Part shown: in pieces, positions 30,767 to 40,674 of the stretch | How positions within the stretch are numbered: position 1 is the first letter of the stretch | Layout: each line of letters starts with the position of its first letter | From: Nitrospinales bacterium | GTDB lineage: Bacteria > Nitrospinota > Nitrospinia > Nitrospinales > JAJDAT01 | Assembly: GCA_046757665.1 (NCBI GenBank) | Contig: JBHHYO010000005.1 | Location: forward strand, 1 to 64,000 | Direction of reading: 5' to 3' | Length of the DNA: 64,000 bases | Position numbers and translations under genes: made by a program | The notes under the pieces: model-generated | What the model was told of the DNA's origin: nothing | The model's input: the letters and a program-made list of their open reading frames with translations, nothing else | The model's database searches: none

Positions 30767-30864
30767 AAACATAATTGCCTTCCAAGCACAGATCAAGGCT
30801 GTCACACCCCAATTACCGCCGAACGTTGAACACTTTGAAGCCATAGATAATCGCGATCTGTGCC

Positions 30865-31380
30865 TCAATCCTCATCGTCCGCGTAGCCGTAATCGAACTC
30901 TTCGATCTCGTCCAGGAACAGGTGGCAGAGCCGGGTGCGGCATTTGGCTTTTTTCAGGGCTTCGATACCTTCCCGGCGCACGCGGTTATTGTTCAAGTAC
31001 AGGTAGGTCAGTTTCGACAGGGTGGCGGATTCGGCGATGGCAATAGCGCCTTCGTCCTCCACCAGGTTGCCGAACAGTCCCAGCTTTTTCAGTTTGCCGA
31101 GGTGAGGCGAGCCGGCGACGGCCTTGACTCCTTCATCGCCGATCACGTTGCCGTACAGTTCCAGGTCGGTGAGGTTCCGGAAGGTTTCGGAGCCGGCAAT
31201 CGCCGCCAGCCCCTCGTCGCCGATATTGTTGTTGGGCAGGCTCAAGCGCCGGAGTTTCGACAGGCTTTTGGCCCTTGCCAGGCCGGCGGCGCCCTTGTCG
31301 CCGAAATTGAAATTGCTCAAGTCCAGGCTTCTTTTGTCCGGACTCAGGTATTGCTTGATCAGGTATTCGATGCTTGCCAC
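30865..31380 (-). CDS. Leucine-rich-repeat protein (RI/GALA-like)
   Basis: About five 27-aa repeats LxxLxLxxNxIGDEG; acidic tail. Confidence 0.88.
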   Translation of the reverse strand: MASIEYLIKQYLSPDKRSLDLSNFNFGDKGAAGLARAKSLSKLRRLSLPNNNIGDEGLAAIAGSETFRNLTDLELYGNVIGDEGVKAVAGSPHLGKLKKLGLFGNLVEDEGAIAIAESATLSKLTYLYLNNNRVRREGIEALKKAKCRTRLCHLFLDEIEEFDYGYADDED

Positions 31381-31397
31381 GGTAATCGCTCCGCCGG

Positions 31398-34025
31398 TTA
31401 CAGGTTGAGAAACCGCGTTTTCACCAACGCCGTTTCGTCTTCCCGGTTTTTCACCTGGCCGTTCAGCCGCGCCTCGCGCAGGGCGGCAAAAACATCCTGA
31501 AAAACCGGGCCGGGTTTTAATCCCAATTGCACCAGGTCGTCGCCCGTCAGGTCGGGAACGGTGGCGTCCCGGTACTGCGTAAAATAAGCCAAGGCGTACT
31601 GGTTCATCCGGTCGCTGTCGGCGACGGCCATCAGAAACACCACAGCCTCGGACGAAAGCCCGGAAAATACGCGGTAGATATCCGCCGGCTGGGGATTTTT
31701 ATTTTCCCTGAAAACCCGCAAGGCCTCGCGGCATCCTGCCAGATCATTTTGCAGGCGGGCGCGCATTTTCGCGGGTATTTGCAACCGGTCGGCGGCCTCC
31801 CGGAATGCCGTGCCGTCCAGCGAATCGAACAAGGCGAGACCGCAAACGAACCAGGCCTCGGGTTCCGGTTCCAGCGGCACGATTTTCCAGCCGGCCAGCG
31901 CCTTCTCCGCCTTCGCCAGGGTTTCCCAATCGCGCCGGGACGAAAGCAGTTGCGGATGAATGCACCGCAAAAGGCCGCAATCCGCCATCCGCCGGAGACA
32001 GCGGAGCGGTTTGCGTTCCTTGAGGATCAGGATCAATTCGTTCCACAACCGATGCCCGCTCAACTGGTCGATCAAGCCTTTTTTGACGGCGCTTTTCAAA
32101 AACGCCTCCGTCTGTTTGCCGATGACGAACCGAAAACGCTGTTCAAAACGGATGGCGCGAAACGCCCGGCAGGGGTCTTCGACAAAACTCAGATTGTGAA
32201 GCGTCCGAATCACTTTGTCCTTCAGGTCCCTTTGCCCGTTGAAAAAATCGATGAGGCAAAAAGCGTCATGGCCGTTCAGTTTAACGGCCAGGCTGTTGAT
32301 GGAAAAATCGCGCCGGAACAGGTCGGACTTGATCGAGCTTTTCTCCACGGTGGGCAGGGCGCCGGGGTGTTTGTAATATTCCATGCGGGCGGTGGCGACA
32401 TCGATTTTGAAGCCGTCCGGCAGTACAATCACGGCCGTGCGGAACTTGGCGTGACTGCGCACCCGGCCGCCGAGTTTCGCTCCCAGCTTGTTGGCGAAGA
32501 CAATGCCGTCCCCTTCGACGACGATGTCCAGGTCGAAATTTTCAATGCCGATGAGCAGGTCGCGGACAAAGCCGCCCACCACGTAGGCGGACATGGCCGC
32601 CTTGTCGGCGGTGGCCGCGGTCACCTCCAGCAGGCGGATGATATGTTTTGGCAGTCGCTCCTTGATCAGGCTTTTCAGGTTTTTCAAGGCCGGCGCGCTT
32701 TCCCCGAACAAGGGAGCGTCAAGGTCTCCCTCCTGGCTCTGCATATCGCTGTACAACACGCGCAACAAGTCGCCCCGGCTGATGACCCCCACCAGACCGC
32801 CGGACTCATCCACCACCGGAATCAACTTTTGCTTGTCCTCGATGACGATGGGCACGGCGGTTTTGAAAAACGACTCCGGAGCAGTCACCGAAAATTCCCG
32901 GATCATGAACTCCTCCGCCGGCTCGCCGCCCATCTTGTGATGAATCGCCTTTTCCACGATCTGCCGGGTGATCAGTCCCGCGGGTTTCCCCTCCGCGACA
33001 ACCGGCAGAGTGTTCAGGTTAAACCGGGTCAACACCGTTTCAACGGTTTCGATCGAGTCGGTTTTTTTTACGGCAACCACGGGGAAGTGCATGATATCCC
33101 TGACCCGCCGCAACGGGCGCGCTTTTTCGCCCAACACGGCGATCAGTTTTTCCTTGACTTGGACGGGCGTCATATCGCGGATGCTGGCAGACGCCGCCTG
33201 CTGGTGCCCGTTGCCGCCGAAGCACCGCGCGATTTCCGCGACGTCCATCTCCCGGCCCCGGGAACGCGCAATGAGGTACACCCGGCGCTCCATGCCCACC
33301 ACCGCAAACAACGCGGCAAGGTTTTCCAACTCCCGAATCTTGTGCACCGCGAACGCCAGGTCATCGACATAATGATCGACCTCCGCCGAGGCCAGCGCCA
33401 CATCGATCCCGTTAAAATTGTGCACCTTCAGATCGCGGATCAATTCATTCATCACATCGATCTGCTCGCGGCTCAAGCGGGGCACGACAAAGCGGGACAC
33501 CCGATCCAAATCCGCGCCCATTTCCAGCAACCTGCCGACGGCAAAACAATCCGCCGCGGTCGTGGAGCCCGCCGACAACGAATGGGTGTCCTCGTAGATA
33601 CCCAGAACCAGCAAAGTGCAATCCTCCGGCGTGAGCGGGATTTTTTTTTCGGCCAGGATTTCATACAAAACCGTTGCCGAGGCGCCGCGCGGCGCCACCA
33701 CGGCCCGGTGCGCGGGAATGGTCTCCGTCACACCGGGATGATGGTCATACACATGAACCTGCACGCCGGGTTTCCCCAGCAGGCTCTTGAATACGCCGAT
33801 CCGGTCGGCATTCTGCGTATCGACAACCACCAGGAGCCGCACTTGCTCCAGGTCGATTTCCTTGATCCGGCAAACAGGATATTCCGCGTGGCGCAAAAAT
33901 GCGCTCACCCGTTTTTCCATGGAGCCGGAGAACACCATCTTTGCGCCGGGGTATAGTTTCCTTGCGGCGACCATGGAGGCCAGGCAGTCGAAGTCGGCAT
34001 TCAAATGGGTGGTGATGATTTGCAT
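31398..34025 (-). CDS. DHH-CBS-fused tRNA nucleotidyltransferase (CCA- or A-adding)
   Basis: HLNADFD and DHH motifs, GGNGH, CBS pair, VGGFVRD, DLDIVV, RRDFSIN, EDPCR. Confidence 0.92.
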   Translation of the reverse strand: MQIITTHLNADFDCLASMVAARKLYPGAKMVFSGSMEKRVSAFLRHAEYPVCRIKEIDLEQVRLLVVVDTQNADRIGVFKSLLGKPGVQVHVYDHHPGVTETIPAHRAVVAPRGASATVLYEILAEKKIPLTPEDCTLLVLGIYEDTHSLSAGSTTAADCFAVGRLLEMGADLDRVSRFVVPRLSREQIDVMNELIRDLKVHNFNGIDVALASAEVDHYVDDLAFAVHKIRELENLAALFAVVGMERRVYLIARSRGREMDVAEIARCFGGNGHQQAASASIRDMTPVQVKEKLIAVLGEKARPLRRVRDIMHFPVVAVKKTDSIETVETVLTRFNLNTLPVVAEGKPAGLITRQIVEKAIHHKMGGEPAEEFMIREFSVTAPESFFKTAVPIVIEDKQKLIPVVDESGGLVGVISRGDLLRVLYSDMQSQEGDLDAPLFGESAPALKNLKSLIKERLPKHIIRLLEVTAATADKAAMSAYVVGGFVRDLLIGIENFDLDIVVEGDGIVFANKLGAKLGGRVRSHAKFRTAVIVLPDGFKIDVATARMEYYKHPGALPTVEKSSIKSDLFRRDFSINSLAVKLNGHDAFCLIDFFNGQRDLKDKVIRTLHNLSFVEDPCRAFRAIRFEQRFRFVIGKQTEAFLKSAVKKGLIDQLSGHRLWNELILILKERKPLRCLRRMADCGLLRCIHPQLLSSRRDWETLAKAEKALAGWKIVPLEPEPEAWFVCGLALFDSLDGTAFREAADRLQIPAKMRARLQNDLAGCREALRVFRENKNPQPADIYRVFSGLSSEAVVFLMAVADSDRMNQYALAYFTQYRDATVPDLTGDDLVQLGLKPGPVFQDVFAALREARLNGQVKNREDETALVKTRFLNL

Positions 34026-34041
34026 GACATGAATTGTCGGC

Positions 34042-34608
34042 CTACTGAACCCGTGCGGCAACGACTCGAACCGCGGTTTGAAAAAGCGCTTCCCGGGGCA
34101 GGTAACAGACCTTGTTGTCGCACAGCCGGTAGATCAGGGTTCCAGCGATGGGGAAAACTCCCGGAGCCAGGTCCCGGGGCGCCTGCATCCGCAAGCTGAA
34201 TTCCGCCGTTTTCTCGTGAGTCTTGACGAGGCTTTGCAAAACCCCGTCCATGGCCATTGTTGGAGGAGATTCCTCCCACTCGCCCTGCCGGGCAAAGCGG
34301 GTTGTCTCCAGCTCGATCCGCGTCGGCAGAGTGTCCCGCCGACCCTCCAGCGAATAAATATGCCATTCGGCCGGCAGTTGAACCCGCACGTAAAGGGTAA
34401 AACGACCGCCCGGCTCGACCGGGTCCGGCAGGACGGCGGCGGTAACCGCTACAATGATTTCCCGGCCGCCGTGCTTGAACTCCTCAAACGATTGGAAATT
34501 CGTAAGCGGCTGGGCGAAAACCGTCGTGGCGAACATCAGCCCTATGACAAGGGCCGGCGGAACCAACCTCTTGACGACGAAAAATTTGTCTGCGGTTGCC
34601 ATGGCCAT
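34042..34608 (-). CDS. Exported DsbD N-terminal (DsbC-type Ig) domain protein
   Basis: Signal segment; WHIYS and YRLCDNKVCYLP motifs. Confidence 0.75.
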   Translation of the reverse strand: MAMATADKFFVVKRLVPPALVIGLMFATTVFAQPLTNFQSFEEFKHGGREIIVAVTAAVLPDPVEPGGRFTLYVRVQLPAEWHIYSLEGRRDTLPTRIELETTRFARQGEWEESPPTMAMDGVLQSLVKTHEKTAEFSLRMQAPRDLAPGVFPIAGTLIYRLCDNKVCYLPREALFQTAVRVVAARVQ

Positions 34609-34634
34609 CGGCGGCGGGTTCGGGTGGCGGGAGG

Positions 34635-35693
34635 TCAGCCCTTGGGCGCGGCCCGGGATAGAGAAAGATACTTTTCGATCATCCGGACGAACTTGTCCTC
34701 GGATACCGCGCCGGAAAACATCTCGCCGCTTACGGTCGCGGATTTGGAATCGTAAATCCCCACAACAAACGTCGGAGTAGCTTGAACTCCGATCTGGTTG
34801 CCTTCCTCCCAATCCGCAAACACCCGGTCCTTGTATTTTCCCTCGCTCCAGCAAGTTTCAAAATCGTCCAGATTGCTGATGCCCACTTTGCGGGCAAGTT
34901 TCAGGATATAGGCTTTGTTCAGATTCCTGGGAGCGTTTTTGTAAATCACGGACTGAAGTTGCCAGAAACGGTTCTGCTCCCGGGCGCATTCGACGGCTTC
35001 CGCCAACTTGTGCGCTTCCTTGTGAATGGGCAGGGGAAAATGCCGGTAACCGAATTGCACATTGTCGGCAAAACGGACGCGCAGTTTGCTCAGCGTGCCC
35101 TGCACCAGCTTGCAAAAGGGGCACTGAAAATCGGAATACTCCAGGACAAACACTTTCCTCGCCGGCGGCTTGGTTTCATCAAACCACAACATGGCGGAAC
35201 CCAGGCTGGTTACCACGGTGAAATCGTTCGGCGCCTTCAGATAATCCTCAATCCAGCCTTTGCTCACGGCTCGTTTATAAATTTTCTCGATATAGGTCTG
35301 CTCATACATTCTGACCAGGTAGTCGTGGATTTCATCCTTCATTTTCTTGAAACTGCCCATCTCGCTGATGCCGGGAGTGCTTTTGTAAAAATGAAACACG
35401 TCGCCGGGGGTCACCTTGGAAACCAGCTCCTTTTTCAGTTCCGGATGCTCCACCAGAAGCAACTTGACGGCTTTCTGCTTCAGATTATGCTTTTGCATCT
35501 GATGAAGCTGAAGCATGGCGTCGTGCATCTTGGCGTTCTTCAAATCGTCCAGCATGACGGGCTTCCCATCCACCGTGGCGACGACGGGATTGTTATTATA
35601 TTTGGCTGAGGCCACGGGGTCCGCGGCGGCGGGAACCGAAGGAAGAAAAAAACAAGCGGCGAAAAACATCGCGGATAACAACAGGTTCATCAT
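34635..35693 (-). CDS. DsbA/thioredoxin-fold exported protein
   Basis: Signal peptide; EYSDFQCPFC, RHFPL, GVQATPTF. Confidence 0.88.
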   Translation of the reverse strand: MMNLLLSAMFFAACFFLPSVPAAADPVASAKYNNNPVVATVDGKPVMLDDLKNAKMHDAMLQLHQMQKHNLKQKAVKLLLVEHPELKKELVSKVTPGDVFHFYKSTPGISEMGSFKKMKDEIHDYLVRMYEQTYIEKIYKRAVSKGWIEDYLKAPNDFTVVTSLGSAMLWFDETKPPARKVFVLEYSDFQCPFCKLVQGTLSKLRVRFADNVQFGYRHFPLPIHKEAHKLAEAVECAREQNRFWQLQSVIYKNAPRNLNKAYILKLARKVGISNLDDFETCWSEGKYKDRVFADWEEGNQIGVQATPTFVVGIYDSKSATVSGEMFSGAVSEDKFVRMIEKYLSLSRAAPKG

Positions 35694-35761
35694 TTGCCTA
35701 ACCCTAAGGATTCATGATTAGTAGATTAGCGGGTGACGGGAAGATACGATTGGGAGCCCTC

Positions 35762-36667
35762 TCAACCAGCCTTGAGCGATTCTTCCGGATTTAAAAACTT
35801 GTGGCAATTGTCGGCCAGTTCCAGAAAGGCTTTGGCCGCCGGCGAATCCGGCCGGGACAGCACGACGGGGTCTCCCTGATCCGACTGGACGGTAATGTCC
35901 CGATCCAGGGGAATGGATCCCAAATAAGGCAACACCATCTCCTCGGCCAGGCGCTTGCCGCCGCCGGTTTTGAAAACATCGATTTCCCCGGAACAGTGAG
36001 GGCAAGTCATGACGCTCATGTTTTCGATGATGCCGACGATGGGAACATTGCTGTCCATGGAAAAGGAAATCATCTTTCTGGCATCGAGGAGCGCCAGGTC
36101 CTGCGGGGTGGTCACAATGACCGCGCCGCCCACGTCGCCGATAAAATCGATGATGGTGATCTGCTCGTTGCCCGTGCCGGGAGGCAGGTCGACCAGCAGG
36201 TAATCCAGCTCTCCCCAGTCGATGTTTCCCAGCAACTCGATGATAAAATCGTATTTGACCGCGTCGCGCCAGGCGATGTGCATGTTGGGGTCCTCGATCA
36301 GGAAACCCAGGGAAGCCACGCGCACTCCATTTGCGGTTTTAAAGGGCACGATCCCGGATTCCTCGGCGCGCAGGCGGACGTTTTCGGCTTTCAGCAGTTT
36401 GGGAATGTTGGGGCCGTGCAAATCCGCATCCGCCAGGCCGACCTGAAAACCCTTCTCCGCCAAAGCGCAGGCCAAATTGGTAGTGACGGTGCTTTTGCCA
36501 ACACCGCCCTTGTTACTGCCGACCAGAATCTTGTGCTTGATTCCGTCCATTCGCTTATTGACCAACCAGCGATTGTGCTCGTTGTGATCGGCTTTGCAGT
36601 CCGTTTCATTGTTGTATTCACACATCTCGCAGGTATGGAGAAACCTGCATTCTCCCGTAATCGCCAC
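35762..36667 (-). CDS. Mrp/NBP35 (ApbC) Fe-S cluster carrier ATPase
   Basis: KGGVGKS, DADLHGP, DLPPGTG, VTTPQ, ENMS...CPHC; GTG start at 36667 follows GGAGG. Confidence 0.92.
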   Translation of the reverse strand: MAITGECRFLHTCEMCEYNNETDCKADHNEHNRWLVNKRMDGIKHKILVGSNKGGVGKSTVTTNLACALAEKGFQVGLADADLHGPNIPKLLKAENVRLRAEESGIVPFKTANGVRVASLGFLIEDPNMHIAWRDAVKYDFIIELLGNIDWGELDYLLVDLPPGTGNEQITIIDFIGDVGGAVIVTTPQDLALLDARKMISFSMDSNVPIVGIIENMSVMTCPHCSGEIDVFKTGGGKRLAEEMVLPYLGSIPLDRDITVQSDQGDPVVLSRPDSPAAKAFLELADNCHKFLNPEESLKAG

Positions 36668-36903
36668 GGAAACCTCCCTGAGGATATTTTTCCCAACCGG
36701 TTTGAAATATTCTCTGACAGCCCCTTCCGGAGCCGCAATCAAACTTTAAAAGGGTACTTAACGAGATTAAGTAACAATGTTTTCCATGTCAAGAAAAATA
36801 GGCCCCTGAGGCCGCAAATTAACCCTCCGGCCCGCAAGCCGTCCGTTGACTTTTCCTTTTTCTTGCCGCTCCCGCCGCAACCGATTAAACTGAAAACAAC
36901 GAG

Positions 36904-37791
36904 ATGAAAATTACCGAAGTCCGGTGCCGTTCCATCCTCACCCGCGCCGGCGGATATTTGAAACCCGTCGTTTCCCATTCGCTGAATCCCTATGTCGGAT
37001 GCGGGTTCGGACGGTCGGCCTGCGGCGTCGCCTGCTATGTCCGGCACAATCCCTGGCTAAGCCGCGGCCGCGTCTGGGGAGAATTCGTCGATGTCAAAAC
37101 CAACGCGGCGGAAGTGTACTTGCGAACCTGCGGGGTGGAGAAATCCTGGGCGCATAAACGGTCCCGGCCTTTCGCGATTTTCTTCTCCAGCTCCACCGAC
37201 CCCTGGCAACCGCTGGAGCAAACGTACCGGATCACCCGCGGCCTGTTGCAGGCGATGCGGGAGCGCCCGCCGGACCGGTTGATCCTGCAAACCCACGGCA
37301 CGGCGGTGCGCGAGGATTTTTCGCTCATTGCCGAACTTGCACGGCAGTGCGACCTGGCGGTGCACGTATCCGTCGAGGGTGACCGGGAGCGGCTTCCCGG
37401 TCTGCCGCCGCCGCCCTGCTCGCTGGCGAGCCGCCTGCATCTGCTGAGCGAGCTGGCCGCCGCGGGCATCAACGCCGTGGCCTGCCTGTCGCCGCTGTAT
37501 CCCATGAAAAACCCGGAAGCGTTTTTTGCGTCCCTGGCGAAAACAGGCATCCGCGGCGTGGTCATCGACCACTTTATCCGGGGCGACGGCACGCCGGACG
37601 GCGCGCGCACCCGCCAAACCGCACTGCCGGCGGCCATGGCGGCCGTCGATGCCGAATCGACGCAACTGGACTACCGGGACAAAATCGCGCGCATTGCCGT
37701 CCGCTATCTGCCGGTGGGAATTTCATCGTCGGGCTTCGCGGGAAACTTCGCCGCGCCGGGTTCCCGGCCCTCGCCTACCTTCTTACCGTAA
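36904..37791 (+). CDS. Radical SAM protein, spore-photoproduct-lyase-like family
   Basis: [13 protein letters not shown]...C...[19 protein letters not shown]; Cys spacing CX6CX3C. Confidence 0.8.
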   Translation: MKITEVRCRSILTRAGGYLKPVVSHSLNPYVGCGFGRSACGVACYVRHNPWLSRGRVWGEFVDVKTNAAEVYLRTCGVEKSWAHKRSRPFAIFFSSSTDPWQPLEQTYRITRGLLQAMRERPPDRLILQTHGTAVREDFSLIAELARQCDLAVHVSVEGDRERLPGLPPPPCSLASRLHLLSELAAAGINAVACLSPLYPMKNPEAFFASLAKTGIRGVVIDHFIRGDGTPDGARTRQTALPAAMAAVDAESTQLDYRDKIARIAVRYLPVGISSSGFAGNFAAPGSRPSPTFLP

Positions 37792-38611
37792 CGCCCCTGG
37801 AGTGCAGGTAGTCCTTGGTTTCGGGAATGGTGTATTCCTTGAAATGAAAAATGGAAGCGGCCAGCACGGCATCGGCCTTGCCCCGGTCGAGCGCTTCGTA
37901 GAGGTGCTCCAGCGTTCCGGCGCCGCCGGAGGCGATCACGGGGATGGACACGGCCTCCGCCACGACGCGGTTGAGCGGGATGTCGTACCCCTGTTTGGTG
38001 CCGTCACGGTCCATGCTGGTCAGCAGAATTTCCCCGGCGCCGTAACACTCCATCAGTTTCGCCCACTTGACGGCGTCGATACCCATGGGGTTGCGTCCGC
38101 CGTGGGTGTACACCTCCCAGGCGGGTTGGGGAACGGGTTCGGCGAAAAACAGTTCCGGATGCCGTTCCCGCCAGTCCAGCGAAGCCGGGGTTGGCGCGGC
38201 GCCGGGAGAAACTTGCTTGGCGTCGATGGCCACGACGATGCACTGACTGCCGAAACGCTCGGCGGCGCGGCGGACGAATTCCGGGTCGTGCACGGCGGCG
38301 GTGTTGATGCCTACCTTGTCGGCTCCGGCTTTCAACAGGGCGCGAATATCGTCCGGCGTACGGACGCCGCCGCCGACGGTCAGCGGCATGAACACTTTCT
38401 CCGCCGTACGCGCCACCACGTCGAGGATGATGCCGCGTTTTTCGTGCGAGGCGGTGATGTCCAGAAACGTCAACTCATCGGCGCCTTCCCGTTCGTAGGC
38501 GGCGGCGATCTCCACCGGGTCTCCGGCGTCGCGCAACTTCACGAAGTTGACGCCCTTCACCACCCGCCCGTCCTTGACGTCGAGGCAGGGAATGATTCTT
38601 TTAGCCAGCAT
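37775..38611 (-). CDS. hisF: Imidazole glycerol phosphate synthase cyclase subunit
   Basis: [54 protein letters not shown]. Confidence 0.97.
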   Translation of the reverse strand: MLAKRIIPCLDVKDGRVVKGVNFVKLRDAGDPVEIAAAYEREGADELTFLDITASHEKRGIILDVVARTAEKVFMPLTVGGGVRTPDDIRALLKAGADKVGINTAAVHDPEFVRRAAERFGSQCIVVAIDAKQVSPGAAPTPASLDWRERHPELFFAEPVPQPAWEVYTHGGRNPMGIDAVKWAKLMECYGAGEILLTSMDRDGTKQGYDIPLNRVVAEAVSIPVIASGGAGTLEHLYEALDRGKADAVLAASIFHFKEYTIPETKDYLHSRGVTVRR

Positions 38612-39335
38612 GATCGCGGATGAGTTTCAGGGCTTCCTTGAAATCGAGAGTTTTGTCGTAAAGCGCCTTGCCAACGATGATGCCGGCCACCCCAGCGGGT
38701 TTCAGGGTGAGCAGGGCGGCGATATCCTGCAAACAGCCCACGCCGCCGGAGGCGATGACCGGCAGGCGGGTACTTTCGGCAAAATCGCGGATGGCGTCGA
38801 TGTTCGGTCCCCGCAACATGCCGTCGCGGCGGATATCGGTGAAAACGAATCCGGCGACGCCCGCGGATTCCAGGGTGCGGGCGAGATCGACGGCCTTGCG
38901 TTCGGAAACCTCCACCCAGCCCTTGACGGCAACGCAACCGTCACGCGCATCAATGCCGACGACGATTTTCCCCGGGAAGCGTTTGCAGGCATCCGCCACG
39001 AATTGCGGGTTCCGCAAGGCCACGGTTCCCAGGACGACCCGTGACACGCCGTAATCGACGTAGGTGGCGATGGCTTCGAGAGTGCGGATGCCGCCGCCGA
39101 CCTGGATACCCGCCGAGCTGGAATTGACGATGGCCTTGATCAACCCGGCGTTCACCGGCTGGCCCGAAAACGCGCCGTCCAGGTCCACCACGTGGATCAA
39201 GCCGGCTCCCACTTCGTCCCAGTGGCAGGCCATGGAAACCGGGTCGTCCGAGTAAACCGTTTCCTGGTCGGCCTGGCCCTGGGCCAGCCGGACGCACCGG
39301 CCTCCCTTGATGTCAACGGCGGGAATCAATCGCAT
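38601..39335 (-). CDS. hisA: ProFAR isomerase
   Basis: [49 protein letters not shown]. Confidence 0.96.
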   Translation of the reverse strand: MRLIPAVDIKGGRCVRLAQGQADQETVYSDDPVSMACHWDEVGAGLIHVVDLDGAFSGQPVNAGLIKAIVNSSSAGIQVGGGIRTLEAIATYVDYGVSRVVLGTVALRNPQFVADACKRFPGKIVVGIDARDGCVAVKGWVEVSERKAVDLARTLESAGVAGFVFTDIRRDGMLRGPNIDAIRDFAESTRLPVIASGGVGCLQDIAALLTLKPAGVAGIIVGKALYDKTLDFKEALKLIRDHAG

Positions 39336-39486
39336 GGGATTTCTTTGTTCGGCAAGAATGAGTTTCCGGTTTGCAAAAGTAGATTATAGGCGGTTGCGGC
39401 AGTCCAGTCAATTTTCCATTGCCCGGGGGAGCCGGAAAACAAGGAGCGCTTGATAAATGGGACGGCGAAAGGGTAGGATTGACGCC

Positions 39487-40674
39487 ATGGAACGCACCGT
39501 CCGCATATTGGACCGAATCATTGAGGCGAGTTTGCTGGCATTCGCGGCGTTTTCTCTGTTTTCCATCAGCGTCACCCAGATCAGCTTCACCCTCGGCGCC
39601 CTCGCCTGGCTGGCCAAGGTGCAGATCACCCATTCCTGGAGCCAGGTGAAACGCCCCCTGGGATGGGCCTTCCTGTTTTTTGTTCTCGCCTCGGCGCTGG
39701 CCGTCATTACCGCCGTCGAACCGGGGCACAGTTTCAAATCCCTCAAAAAACTGTTGCAGATCATTATTTTCTTCTGGGTGGTCAACAGTATCAAGGACGA
39801 CAGGCAAACGGAGCGGCTGGTCGCGGTGCTGATCGCCGCCGCCTGCGTGGCGTCGTTGTACGGGTTTTACCAGGCGCTGACTCAGGGCGTGAGCACCTTC
39901 TCCCGGGTGGCGGGCACCATGAGCATTTACATGACCTTCGCCGGACTCGTCATGCTGGTGGCGCTGATGGCGTTGAGCCGCTTTCTGTTCCAGCGACCGC
40001 GCGAAAAATGGCTTGGGGCCGCCGTGGTTCTCCTCATCACCTGCCTGCTCCTGACCCTGACCCGGCAGGCCTGGCTGGGTTGCCTGGCGGGATCGGCTTT
40101 GCTCCTGTGGATTTACCAACGCAAACTGCTGATCGCCCTGCCGGGGGTTTTGATCGCGATCCTGCTCCTGGCTCCCGTCCCGGTGAAAGACCGGGTGCTG
40201 AGCGCCGTCGATTTCAAGGAAGACCAGACTTTTTTGATCCGCGTGAAACTGTGGAGCGCCGGCTGGCTGATCTTCAAGGATCATCCTCTGACGGGGTGCG
40301 GCTTCAAATGCGTGGACTCGGTCTATCAGGATTATCCGGAGTACGCCAACATCCTTTACAAATATTTGGGGATGCACAATAATCTTGTGCAGATCGCCGT
40401 GGACACGGGGATGGTGGGTTTATGCGCCTGGCTGGCAATCTGGGTCGGCTATTTTTTTTCCCTGTACCGGCAAAGCGTTTCCGGCGCGGGAAATTCCAGG
40501 CGATGGGTTATACTGGGAAGCGCCGCTACCGTCACCGGGTTTCTGGCGGGAGGAATTTTCGAGGTGAACTTTTACGATTCCGAGGTCGCCATGCTACTGT
40601 ATTTTCTCATGGCACTGCCGTTCGCCGCGCCCGCGGAACGGTTGAATAATCCACAAAGCGAAGGCACGACATGA
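39487..40674 (+). CDS. O-antigen ligase (Wzy_C) family membrane protein
   Basis: Many TM segments; RVAGT, TLTRQAW, HPLTGCG, MHNN; followed by rmlC. Confidence 0.85.
   Translation: MERTVRILDRIIEASLLAFAAFSLFSISVTQISFTLGALAWLAKVQITHSWSQVKRPLGWAFLFFVLASALAVITAVEPGHSFKSLKKLLQIIIFFWVVNSIKDDRQTERLVAVLIAAACVASLYGFYQALTQGVSTFSRVAGTMSIYMTFAGLVMLVALMALSRFLFQRPREKWLGAAVVLLITCLLLTLTRQAWLGCLAGSALLLWIYQRKLLIALPGVLIAILLLAPVPVKDRVLSAVDFKEDQTFLIRVKLWSAGWLIFKDHPLTGCGFKCVDSVYQDYPEYANILYKYLGMHNNLVQIAVDTGMVGLCAWLAIWVGYFFSLYRQSVSGAGNSRRWVILGSAATVTGFLAGGIFEVNFYDSEVAMLLYFLMALPFAAPAERLNNPQSEGTT

Noticed and set aside
31527-33956. Long antisense ORFs (809 aa here; also 55819-58098, 6401-8101, 18706-19992, 43311-44600)
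   Set aside because: They are shadows of well-supported genes on the opposite strand, expected in high-GC DNA, and carry no motifs.
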